From: Eledone cirrhosa | Taxonomy: Eukaryota | Reading direction: 5' to 3' | NCBI GenBank assembly: GCA_964016885.1 | Contig: OZ024764.1 | Coordinates: forward strand, 27,838,001 to 27,902,000 | Length of the DNA stretch: 64,000 bases | The notes under the pieces: model-generated | What the model was told of the DNA's origin: nothing | Databases searched by the model: none | What the model saw: only the letters and a program-made list of their open reading frames with translations | Translations under genes and position numbers: made by a program | In this document: piece after piece, positions 1-10,628 of the stretch | How the letters are laid out: each line of letters starts with the position of its first letter | Numbering within the stretch: the first letter of the stretch is position 1

Positions 1-174
1 TATAGATAGCAATATATATACACTAATATGTATGTACATATTTATACATATATACATATATATAGGGAGAGAGAGAGACACATGTATGTATATATATATA
101 CACATGCGTGTATGTATGTGTTTATGTACATTCTTCGGTATATATATATGAGTCACGGTTTATTACACATTGGA

Positions 175-1488
175 GACACAGAGAGAAAGAGTTGAAACGA
201 GAGGTGAGAGAGTTGAAACAAGAGAGGAGAGAGTTGAAACGAGAAAAGAGAGAGAGAGTTGAAACGAGAGGAGAGAGAGAGAGAGTTGTAACGAGAGGAG
301 AGAGAGAGAGAGAGTTGAAACGAGAGGAGAGAGAGTTGAAACGAGGAGAGAGTTGAAACAAGAGGGTGAGGGGAGAGAGGGGAGAGAGTGATGAAACGAG
401 TCGGAGATAGAGTGTGAAAGAGAGAGAGAGAGGAAGAGAGAGAGAGAGAGGAAGAGAGAGAGAGAGGAAGAGAGAGAGAGAAAGAGAGAGAGAGAGGAAG
501 AGAGAGAGAGGAAGAGGGAGAGGGGGGATGAAACAAGAGGGTGAGGGATGAAACAAGAGACAGAGGGGAGAGAAAGAGAGAGGGGAGAGAAAGAGAGAGG
601 GGAGAGAAAGAGAGAGAGAGAGAGAGAGAACGAATTGAAACAAGAGAGAGATGAAACAAGTGAGGGATTAGAGTGTTGAAACAAGAGAGAGAGGAAGAGA
701 GAGAGAGAGCAAGATGGAACGAGAGAGAGAGAGCGAGATGAAATGAGAGCGAGATGAAACGAGAGAGAGAGAGAGTGAGATGAAATGAGAGAGAGAGAGA
801 GCGAGATGAAACGAGAGAGAGAGAGAGAGAGAGAGAGCGAGATGAAATGAGACAGAGAGAGCGAGATGAAACGAAAGAGAGAGAGAGCGAGATGAAATGA
901 GAGAGTGAGTGCGAGATGAAATGAGAGAGAGTGAGAGCGACATGAAATGAGAGAGAGAGAGCGAGATGAAACGAGAGAGAGAGAGAGCGAGATGAAATGA
1001 GAGAGAGTCAGAGCGAGATGAAATGAGAGAGTGAGAGCGAGATGAAATGAGAGAGAGAGAGCGAGATGAAATGAGAGAGAGTGAGAGCGAGATGAAATGA
1101 GAGAGAGAGAGCGAGATGAAATGAGAGAGAGAGGAAACGAGACTAGAGAGCGAGATGAAACAGGAGAGAGAGAGCGAGATGAAACAGGAGAGAGAGAGCG
1201 AGATGAAACGAGAGGGAGAGAGAGATGAAATGAGAGAGCGAGAGAGAGATAGAGGGAGATGAAACGACAGAGAGAGAGACAGATGAAACGAGAGAGAGAA
1301 ATAGAGATGAAACGAGAGAGAGTGATGAAACGAGAGAGAGGAAGAGAGAGATGGAACGAGAGAGAGGAAGAGAGAGATGGAACGAGAGAGAGGAAGACAG
1401 AGATGAAATGAGAGAGAGGAAGACAGAGATGAAACGAGAGAGAGAGAGAGCGAGATGAAACGAGAGAGAGGGAGCGCGAGATGAAACT
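175..1488 (+). repeat. GA-rich complex satellite block (GATGAAAC/GTTGAAAC anchors separated by (GA)n), seed-state cassette
   Basis: Purine-rich tract of ~20-26-bp subunits such as GCGAGATGAAA(C/T)GAGAGAGAGA; positions 1-1488 are colinear with ~14798-16066. Confidence 0.95.
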
Positions 1489-1830
1489 CTGTCATGTAAT
1501 GTTATGGACATATCTGCCCCTGGGGCTAATAATTGTCATGTAATGTTATGGTCATCTCTGCCCCTGTGGTTAATAATTCTGTCATGTAATGTTATGGTCA
1601 TGTCTGCACCTGTGGCTAATAAATCTGTCATGTAATGTTATGGTCATCTCTGCCCCTGTGGCTAATAATTCTGTCATGTAATGTTATGGACATCTCTGCC
1701 CCTGTGGCTAATAATTCTGACATGTAATGTTATGGACATCTCTGCCCCGGTGGCTAATAATTCTGACATGTAATGTTATGGACATCTCTGCCCCTGTGGC
1801 TAATAATTCTGACATGTAATGTTATGGACA
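1489..1830 (+). repeat. 46-bp minisatellite block, ~7.5 copies
   Basis: Monomer G(T/A)CATGTAATGTTATGGACATCTCTGCCCCTGTGGCTAATAATTCT; the first monomer is a 44-bp variant. Confidence 0.97.
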
Positions 1831-1850
1831 TTGCTATCTTGTTTCATCTC

Positions 1851-3447
1851 AAACAGCAAAGTGCAAGAAGAGAAAATTGTCGTGTACAGAACTGTGAATT
1901 AAGATTTAGAAGAGGATCAGATATGAGCTGCTCTAATTTACCAACTAGTAATGATAGCTGTTGTTTTGTGGGGGATTGAGGGCACACCACCTGTACAAAG
2001 AGATATTATCATCTTTCCTAAAGACCATCCTCCTCAGAAAATACCACATAATGCATGCCACTTGGACCTCATGACCGACCGATAATGGTGAATTTTGGTG
2101 GCATAGTGCCATGGAGAGGAATGTAGGACCTGTGTTTGCAATAGACTGACAATGCAGGAGTATTACATATACTGTATAGCATATAGAGGAGGATTTAGTG
2201 CGATATATAGGGCAGGTAAATTATTTTAGCAGTATTTAGTGGATGCCTATATGAAAGTAGAGGGATGCAGGCTTCAATATTTGAGGAACAATCAAGCCCA
2301 ATTGTGAGTGGATGAGTATAATGGTTTAATGAATTATCTAAACAGATGATAACACTGAGCCTTAAAAAATGAAGACAAGATAAGAAACAGAGAAGACATT
2401 GACAGAATCGTGTCAGCAGAAATACCTGCATTGGAAGATGATCCAGTACTACATGAGCAGGTTTAAAAGTTTATGATCCACAGGCCATGTGGTTCTGGAA
2501 ACCCTTTTCCCCCATTTATACAAAATGGATTTTTCAAAAAGAACTATCCAAAAACCTACAGAAGGGAAACATTATTGAACCTAAATGGATACCCAGAGTA
2601 CAGGAGGTGCAAGACAGGAACTGCAGTGTAAATTGGATGACATTCAGTAGATAACAGGAATGTTATGCCATTTAATGCCTTTTTGCTTAAGAAATATTGT
2701 GCACATATTAATGTTGAAGTTTGCGCTTCTGTAAAAAGTGTCAAGTACCTCTTTAAATATGTTACATGGGGCATGATTGTACATCTATAGAAGTAACGAA
2801 TAATGCATTACCTAATGAGGCTCAGAACCAACACAACCATGATGAAATAAGAACCTATCTTTGTTGCAGGTATGTGTCTCAGCCAGAAGCAGTGTCGTGT
2901 CTCTCGGAATTTAAGCTTCATGGTACATCACATACAGTATACAGCCTAGCCACACACCTGGAGAACAAACAGAGTTTACTTTCAAAGAGGCAATGCTCAG
3001 GTTGTGGTAGAAATGCAGGGACCCTTGCTGCCTGGTTCAAGCTAAATAAACTTGCTTACACCTTCTGGGATGCCGCCTCACTAACTCCAATTATAAGCAG
3101 GATCAATAATAATGCTTCTATGGAATATTTCAATCCAGAACAGATTATGTAATGGCACAAGATTAGAAGTAGTAGAACTGCATAAACATTTTATCAAAGC
3201 TTCTCATATCTATGGTCCTTTGATGGGCAGGTGTGTTTTGATCCCAAGACTGAAGTTATCCCCCAGTGGTGCCAACATCCCTTTTACTTTGGAAAGACCC
3301 CAGTTTCCATTAAGACTGTCATATGCCATGACAATCAACAAGAACCATGGTCAAATACATGATAAAGTGGGTCTGTTCCTCCCTGAGCAAGTATTTAACC
3401 CTGGACAATTGTATGTTGCTTTTTCAAGAGTTCACAGACAGATGTAA
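1851..3447 (+). pseudogene. Helitron Rep/Hel remnant, 3' part (internally deleted, frameshifted)
   Basis: Translated motifs: NLPTSND, AGKLF*QYLVDAYMKVE, IDRIVSAEIP, MIHRPCG, GYPEYRR, DNRNVMPFN, AHINVEVCASVKSVKYLFKYV..GHD (Rep Y2 motif, ~2743), DEIRTYLCCRYVSQPEA, then Pif1 helicase LCNGTRL, QFPLRLSYAMTINKNHGQ, VFNPGQLYVAFSRV. Confidence 0.93.
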
Positions 3448-3641
3448 AAATTAATCCTAGCAAACCCCCACCACTCCTACAACTGTTAGCTGTTAGCCCA
3501 CCCCCAGCACCACCCAACCTCCGTTCTAGTCCCACCGTTAGAACCAATGCTGCTTACCCTGCCTCTTTTACTAGTTCACTCCGTCGCTCGAATTTCAAAG
3601 CTGGCCCTCTACACTTGGTCGTTGCCAGCTCACCACCTGGT

Positions 3642-3779
3642 TGTGCTCTCTGTGTCCGCACTAGCCGGTACCTAAACACAATAAAATGTCACCTGTGCTA
3701 CCAAAACTACCACAGGAACTCTGTCGGCATCAGCAAGGCTCAAGCCGAAAGGCTTCAATACTAGACCTGTAATCAGGGC
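3642..3779 (+). pseudogene. Decayed PHD-finger coding fragment (C4HC3), preceded by an in-frame Pro/Ser-rich linker from ~3465
   Basis: Hand translation CALCVRTSRYLNTIKCHLCYQNYHRNSVGISKAQAERLQY*TCNQG; three single-base changes (TCT>TGT, TAG>TGG, GGC>TGC) restore HxxC and WxCxxC. Confidence 0.6.
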
Positions 3780-4017
3780 CACTTTACCTCCGACGACCAG
3801 CTTTCTACCGAGTGTGTGTTGATGGAGGGGACATGAGACCAGCAAAGTCCTAGGAGTAGAGACTAGTAAATAATAAACGGTCCTAGCTATGTTAAGAATA
3901 TATATAAGAAAAATGTTCTATACATTTAAGAAGACAAGAGAAATAAATATTTACCTCTTTCATGTAGGTAATATAGCGGTGTTATAAAAGTATAATAACT
4001 GATGCAGGTAGTTTGTT

Positions 4018-4277
4018 TCAAACTATAACACATATAACTCTATCAGTGAAGCCCTTTAGTATAGGTCAACTGGGAAACTATAACACATATAACCCTATCA
4101 GTGAAGCCCTCTGGGAAACTATAACACATATAACTCTATCAGTGAAGCCCTTTAGTATAGGTCAACTGGGAAACTATAACACATATAACCCTATCAGTGA
4201 AGTCCTTTAGTATAGGTCAACTGGGAAATTATAACACATATAACCCTATCAGTGAAGTCCTTTAGTATAGGTCAACT
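4018..4277. repeat. 55-bp VNTR, ~5 copies
   Basis: GGGAAACTATAACACATATAACCCTATCAGTGAAGTCCTTTAGTATAGGTCAACT, including one shortened monomer. Confidence 0.95.
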
Positions 4278-4329
4278 AACAGAAGTATTACGGGTATGGA
4301 AAAAATTCTAAATAAGCCTACAACAGTCA

Positions 4330-4397
4330 TTGCGGGCCACTCTGACTGGTCAGGTGGGCTCGATTGTGGCCCGCGGGCCGCCTGTTGCACGCCCCTC
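4330..4397. mobile_element. hAT-like (Charlie-type) non-autonomous element terminus
   Basis: GCGGGCC...TGGCCCGCGGGCCGCCTGTTGCACGCCCCT resembles typical hAT MITE right ends; no partner TIR or TSD identified. Confidence 0.4.
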
Positions 4398-4423
4398 CTT
4401 TAGACAGAATATCTATCACTGTT

Positions 4424-4639
4424 AAGTAATACTGTGATCTGTCGGCTAACTACATTTTCCAGCCTGTGGCGTTTGGGGGAGTCGGGATACTGACTGCGAG
4501 ATTCCTATCTTCACTGGCGGCTAGCCTGACGAAGGTGACTGGTGAAGCTCGTGAGGGCACTTGGTTGTTCCAGCTCCTCAGCCTCGCCATCGCCCGAGGT
4601 AACGCTGCAGACGTGCTGGCTTGCCTAAAAAATCATTAG
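4424..4639 (+). mobile_element. CRE-clade (RLE-type) non-LTR retrotransposon, ORF C-terminal fragment 1
   Basis: Translation YCDLSANYIFQPVAFGGVGILTARFLSSLAASLTKVTGEAREGTWLFQLLSLAIARGNAADVLACLKNH* matches the CRE C-terminal pattern Y.F.PVA.ET.G...REx.FLFQRLSLAIQRGNA. Confidence 0.75.
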
Positions 4640-4722
4640 AGAGGTTTCCCAGTGCTCCTCGCGATACTGTTATCTTTTGCTCTAGTAGCAGCTCGTTTGT
4701 CCACCCCTTTCGCCTGCCTTTG

Positions 4723-4905
4723 GTTGTATGTCGTCCTAGATGTGTGTATTACCTGCTTGTGTGTTGTATGTGGTCCTAGATGTGTGTATTACCTGCTTAT
4801 GTGGTCCTAGATGTATGTATTACCTGCTGGTGTGTTGTATGTGGTCCCAGATGTGTGGATTACCTGTTTTTGTGTTGTATGTGGTCCCAAATGTGTGTGC
4901 TACCC
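4723..4905. repeat. ~40-bp minisatellite, ~4.5 copies
   Basis: GTTGTATGTGGTCCTAGATGTGTGTATTACCTGCTTGTGT tandem variants. Confidence 0.85.
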
Positions 4906-5618
4906 GCTTCTGTGATTTGTTGTTTCTTCTTTCTCTCTTCCGAGAAACAATCCTGTATTTTTTTAATCTATTCCATGCGTTAAGTAATTAGCAGCAACAA
5001 CAAACTGATTTTCAGTTGTAAAAAGAATCTTTAAACCTTCACCATTTACATTAACACATACCATACGTTGTCCCAGCCACAAATAAACAGTAAAAAAAAC
5101 TTACTTTGCGGTTAAATTCGTCACAATTAAAAGAAAAATATTTCTAACACGTTTCTAGACAACACCAAGTTTACACCTTCAATATCCGGTAAAAGTAAAA
5201 ACAAATTCTGGAGACATTTAACGAAACGAAACTATGTAAAGAAAAACGAAAATTAAACGAAGACAAATAGTAAATTTTAATTTTTATTAAATAAAATACC
5301 AGTAATTCACTGCAGTAGATTTAATCAACTTTACTCTCTCTGCACGAAAGAAGAAAAAAATTCCTGACTTAGTGCTTAATATATAGAGAGGGGGAGAGTT
5401 TGGTGTTACTTCATATAGAGAGGGGTATTGGAAGAGAGTGCCGTGTAGTAGATATAGAGAGGGAGAGAGTGTGTGCTAATTGATATAAAGAGGGGGATTT
5501 GCACGCCCCCCCCCCCGCCTAGAAAAATTCTGAAATGCTTCGACCTCCCTGTACATATATATATATATATAGTATACACACACAGACATATATATAGTAA
5601 ATAAATGTGTGTGTGTAT

Positions 5619-5800
5619 CAGTGGTCCCCAAACTTTTCTGTTCCACACCCCTCCTCTAAAATATGTTTATGTTCCCCTTTAATATAAAAACAATCCGAGT
5701 ATTCTGAAAGTATTATTACTGTAATATAAAGTAGAAACCCTTTATTTAAACAAAGCTACGATGCAGCGATGATCAAAACAAACTTCTCGTAGGTGCTGCC
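5619..5800 (+). mobile_element. hAT-like terminus continuing into the outer part of the foldback arm
   Basis: CAGTGGTCCCCAAACTTTT start; downstream sequence matches 45554 onward and the reverse complement of ~8295-8440. Confidence 0.55.
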
Positions 5801-6269
5801 AAGCGGGGAAAAGTGGATGTATAATGATGATGATATATATATATATGCCCCACCCTTGCAAACAGGGAAAAGCAGACGTAAAATGAAAATGATGATATAT
5901 ATATAGATAGATAGATATGTACATATATATATTTATACTTATACGTCATGGTGGCTACAGGTGCCAAGAGGAAGAAGCCGGTCAAATCCTCTGATATTTG
6001 TTTATCTTCCTTTCCTTTGTATATATATATATAGTATGTGTGTGTGTGTATGAAGATGTATGACCCCTAGCAAGCCAAACTACAGTTACTCCCCAACATG
6101 GAGAGCAAATTAAAACATTACCTGTTAGAGACGAACGTGAAATGATTTGTTAGTGAACTACCGGTGTCACAGTAATTATGTTACCGGTGTAACTATTTCT
6201 GTTTACCTTATTTTTAAATGACACTCCTATATTAGTTTAGTGACCTTTCAATTCAAATAAATTCTTGAT

Positions 6270-6680
6270 GATGATTGAACTCGCATCGGAGTAGCCCAAC
6301 GCCTTGGCCTCCGCGTGTGTGAGCCACATAAATGCTCTCAACGACATAGTGAGAAGAAGCCTGGACGCAGCTGAATTTCCATCTCAACTGGAGTCAGCAG
6401 GCTTAGGCCGCGGAGATGGCAAGCACCCCGAGGGAATCACCCTCTTCCCATTCGAAGGAGGTAGATCCACAAACCCCAGCATCGCTGCCCGTCTCGCAGA
6501 TGAACATAAAATAAACAAATTCCGGTGTTTGTCCTGGAGCCTCTTCTAAGCACCAGCCGCCGTCGAGACCCCGGGCCAACTTGGACCCATTACAGCCGAG
6601 CTCCTCCGCAACATCGCAGTGTCTGTGGCCCGTCTGAGGATGGAGTCCCACGAGGTTGGATGCCTGTTGCAGCAGGTGTT
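6270..6680 (+). mobile_element. CRE-clade non-LTR retrotransposon, RLE-domain fragment 2
   Basis: RIGVAQRLGLRVCEPHKC / ALNDIVRRSLDAAEFPSQLESAGLGRGDGKHPEGITLFPFEGG (RHxxLND...E..GL.R.DGKRPDG.T RLE motif) / AAVETPGQLGPITAELL. Confidence 0.8.
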
Positions 6681-6805
6681 ACTGTCCTTACATATATATA
6701 CGTAAATGTTCCCTTGACTGCTATTTCTAGCATATATTAATAGACACTTTAGAAACAGCAGCTAAAAATCAAGAAACAACAGTGTGTGTCTGTATATATA
6801 TACAC

Positions 6806-6806
<1 letters not shown>

Positions 6807-6872
<66 letters not shown>

Positions 6873-6956
6873 AGCCAAAGACACGCACACACGAACATAC
6901 ACATACACACAGGTGTATGTCTGCGTGTATGTATATATATGTGTGTGTCTTTTTGT

Positions 6957-7046
<90 letters not shown>
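6807..7046. repeat. (GA)n, (TC)n and (TA)n microsatellite cluster
   Basis: (GA)n 6807-6871; (TC)n(TA)n 6957-7046. Confidence 0.95.
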
Positions 7047-7051
<5 letters not shown>

Positions 7052-7074
7052 GTCAGTGATCCCCCTCGCAACCT

Positions 7075-8440
7075 TTAATTAAACAAACCTGCGATGAGGC
7101 GATGATCAAAATAAACACCAAAGTATAAACAAACAGCCCATAGGTGCTGCCGGATACACGATAACATGTGTAGACGAAGTAAAACTTTTATTACTGTAAT
7201 ATAAAGTAGAAACCCTTTATTTAAACAAAGCTGCGATGCAGCGATGATCAAAACAAACTTCAAATAACATGTGTATACGAAGTGTATCTGGAAGCTTGGT
7301 CGTATTATATGACTTTCAAATTGACCCCTATTATATTCAAATTATCCCCTGTGGGGCGTGCACCCCACGTTGAGAATCCCTCATAAATAAATATATGTGA
7401 GTGTGTTGCTATGACTGCTATTTCTAGCAGGTTTACTGCAGTCCTGTAGACGCACAACAAAAACCGGAAGTGGCAGCCATTAAAAAACTTTGGCTTAAAA
7501 TCAGGCAAAAGTTTTTTAACAATTTGCCAAGAAAGATAACTCTTGTCTTACTTAATCGCAAAAATCGAGGCAAAAATTTTGTGGGTGTACAGTTTGTTTG
7601 GTGTATTTGACTGCTATTTCTAGCATGTATGGACACTTTAGAAATAGCAGCGAAAAACGGAAAACAGCAGAAAGAAGGACACACACCTATATATATATAT
7701 ATATATACCAGCTATACACTCACCCATACATATATATATATACCAGCTATACACACACCCATATCTACGTATAGGTGTGTGTGCGCGCGTGTATGTATAT
7801 ATAAATATATATATTTAAATGTATATATCTGTGCATATATATATGTATATATATATACGTGTGTGTCCTTCTTTCTTATGTTTCCCGTGTTTCGCTGCTA
7901 TTTCTAAAGTGTCCATATATGCTAGAAATAGCAGTCAAATACACCAAACAAACTGCACACCCGCAAAATTTTTTGCCTCGATTTTTGCGATTAAGTAAGA
8001 CAAGAGTTATCTTTCTTGGCAAATTGTTAAAAAACTTTTGCCTGATTTTAAGCCAAAGTTTTTTAATGGCTGCCACTTCCGGTTTTTGTTGTGCGTCTAC
8101 AGGACTGCAGTAAACCTGCTAGAAATAGCAGTCATAGCAACACACTCACATATATTTATTTATGAGGGATTCTCAACGTGGGGTGCACGCCCCACAGGGG
8201 ATAATTTGAATATAATAGGGGTCAATTTGAAAGTCATATAATACGACCCAACTCCCTGTTACACTTCGTATACACATGTTATCGTGTATCTGGCAGCACC
8301 TGCGAGAAGTTTGTTTACATTTTGGGGTTTGCTTTGATGATCGCTGCATCTCAGCTTTGTTTAAATAAAGGGTTTCTACTTTATATTACAGTAATAACAC
8401 TTTTACAAGACTCGGATTGTTTTTATATTAAAGGGGGACA
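7075..8440. mobile_element. Foldback element: ~500-bp inverted arms (7188-7686 / 7859-8397) around a ~170-bp TA/CA-rich spacer
   Basis: Arms are near-exact reverse complements; the ORF track shows the identical 67-aa peptide at 7305..7508(-) and 8038..8241(+). Confidence 0.9.
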
Positions 8441-8540
8441 TGTTTTTTAAACTCTGAACTCAGCATCTTTCTGTTGTTCTCCGGGATTCTAGCAAAGTAT
8501 AAAAAAAAATATATATATATAGATATATATATATATATCT

Positions 8541-8720
8541 GGCAGTCAACCTCAGACTCGAAAAAGCCGCCGCTAATCGTGATCGTTGGGGTTATAATTC
8601 GACTAAAGTGCTTCCACTGGGCACCATTAGCTGGTTGTGATCATTGGAGAATTCTTTCTGCGCTGAAAGAGCCTAGGACTAAAAGATATATATATAGATG
8701 TCGAAACGGCAGTAGCACAG
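8541..8720 (+). mobile_element. Possible Penelope-like element 3' remnant (GIY-YIG tail plus degenerate hammerhead-like motif)
   Basis: Frameshifted AVNLRLEK(PPL)NRD resembles the PLE endonuclease tail EA..IR.EKP.LNRD; CTGAAAGA...CGAAACGGCAGTAGC at 8663-8716; second copy at ~47465-47645. Confidence 0.35.
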
Positions 8721-9077
8721 CCGTTGGGGTCCTGAATATTTTCACATCTATATATGTGTGTGTATTCTGCGACATTTATAATTACATAAGCAAGCATATT
8801 TGAATAACAAAATTTGAGGTTTAAATACTTTATTTTTTACCAATAACATAGAGAAAGGCATGAACAACACCACATGTTAATTACTTTAATATTGAAAGTA
8901 GGCTTATAAATATTAAAAAAGCAGATGCTTGTATCTTTCATGGTGGTCTGGTGGGTGATACCAGAGATGGTGGTAGTCATGGTTTCGGTTTCAATCCTGG
9001 TCATGGGTTACATATAAGGTCTCATTTTTCTTTCTTTCAGTTTTCTTCTTATCTCTAGATATAAATATATATACATA

Positions 9078-9185
9078 AGGTAATTTGGTAGAATTGTTAG
9101 AACATCAGATAGAATTCTTTGCAGTATTTTTCCAGTTCTTTACTCTGAGTTCAACTTTACCTTTCTTCCATTCGGTGTCGATAAG
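9078..9185 (+). mobile_element. Degenerate tRNA-SINE fragment (same broad family as the minus-strand copies)
   Basis: TGGTAGAATTGTTAG (A-box-like)...CTCTGAGTTCAA...CTTTACCTTTCTTCCATTCGGTGTCGATAA; copies at ~11783-11890 and ~48008-48115. Confidence 0.55.
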
Positions 9186-10004
9186 TCTTGAATATGTCTA
9201 ACGTAGCAATAACTGGAGCTACTTAACCAAGTTTTGCCAACCTAGTCGATGTCACCTACTGGTTGGCGATTTAAACTGTTGGCTGGGACAATGACCAACT
9301 AATCAGTCAGATTCCAACTCACTATGTCTGGCATATATTTTATATTTTATATTTGAATGAAGTTCTGTAAGTAACCTGGTGGCTTAGATGGCAATACTGC
9401 TCGAATAGATGGCTTCTATTATGAAGTTATAAGTTCATTCCCTATCCAGGATTGTAGAATTAATTTTATTTAGTTATTATTTAATCAATTGTTTTAACAA
9501 ACAAATTATATCTATAAAACGCCAAATATAGTGAGTTCAAATCTGACTGACATGCATGGTATATATTTATGTTTCATTATACAGCGACACAATACACAGG
9601 AACTTATAAAGATATGTATATATTGTCCAGGAGTTTCGAGTTTAGTGGGAATTGGTACAACTCTCAATTGGAGCTAGTCCCTGCAAGATCAGCATAAATA
9701 ATGTTATACCTTTTCATGAAATCTTGCACACCCGATATTTTATACATGATTATTTAAAGGTGAACAAAAACCAAAGAACATTGTGCAGCATTTCTCAACC
9801 TTTCTACCCATGTCGATCTCTTGAAATAGTTTTTATGTCTCAGGGAAGCCCTGCATAAAATATACTTTTTCTATCTCTAGAGCAGTGGTTCCCAAATCGT
9901 GTGCTGCGAGATGAAACAAGATGAGCTGCAAAAGACTAAGATTAAGTTTTAAGATGTGAAAAATATAAAACTGAAATTTCATATAAAAGTTCAAATATAG
10001 CTAC

Positions 10005-10235
10005 AGCCACAAACCTAGGCTCCACACCCCGCAATGCAGAGGATAGTAAGATAGTACCAAGGCCTGACTCACCTCTTCCACTCCATTGAGACCTCTGCCA
10101 TACTTGGTCCCTGTACTGCTGATTTCCTCCATAAAGTCGGGAGGAAAGACAACAGGAGCCTCATGAGGAGGGGCAACTATTGTAGCAGGTGTCTCTGGCC
10201 TTGTTCCGAGGTAACGCTTTTACGTTTCTTCCACA
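10005..10235 (+). mobile_element. CRE-clade non-LTR retrotransposon, C-terminal fragment 3
   Basis: NAEDSK..YQGLTHLFHSIETSAILGPCTADFLHKVGRK...L*QVSLALFRGNAFTFL; copies at ~12710-12940 and ~48935-49165. Confidence 0.6.
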
Positions 10236-10470
10236 GGTTGCGGCTGAGGGACCACTTAGACTGGGGTGAAGTGTCTGTCCCTCCCCCGACTTCTTACTTC
10301 TTTTTTTTTCTCATTTTCATTTTCTTTTCTCTTCTTGCTTATCTCTGCTATACCACGGCATCAAAAACATATATAATATGTGTATGTATGGTATAGGTGT
10401 ATTTATATTTAGGATAGTTATCAAAGGTAAATAGACTGGTTGGAGCAATAACAGTCTTGTTTATGTATAT

Positions 10471-10527
<57 letters not shown>

Positions 10528-10628
10528 TGTTCTTGTATTTCCATAGAAAAGGTAAAGAAAAGAAGAATGCTATATATATTGTACAGAGCTATTTAATTAC
10601 ATAATAAACAACAGAATATAATTATTCC

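Noticed and set aside
7305-8241. Repeated 67-aa ORF (MPDFKPKFF...) as a small gene family
   Set aside because: Lies in the non-coding foldback arms, lacks an ATG start and shows no recognisable motif
8930-9080. Possible host exon near the polypyrimidine-AG at ~9025-9040
   Set aside because: No coherent reading frame or partner exons could be supported
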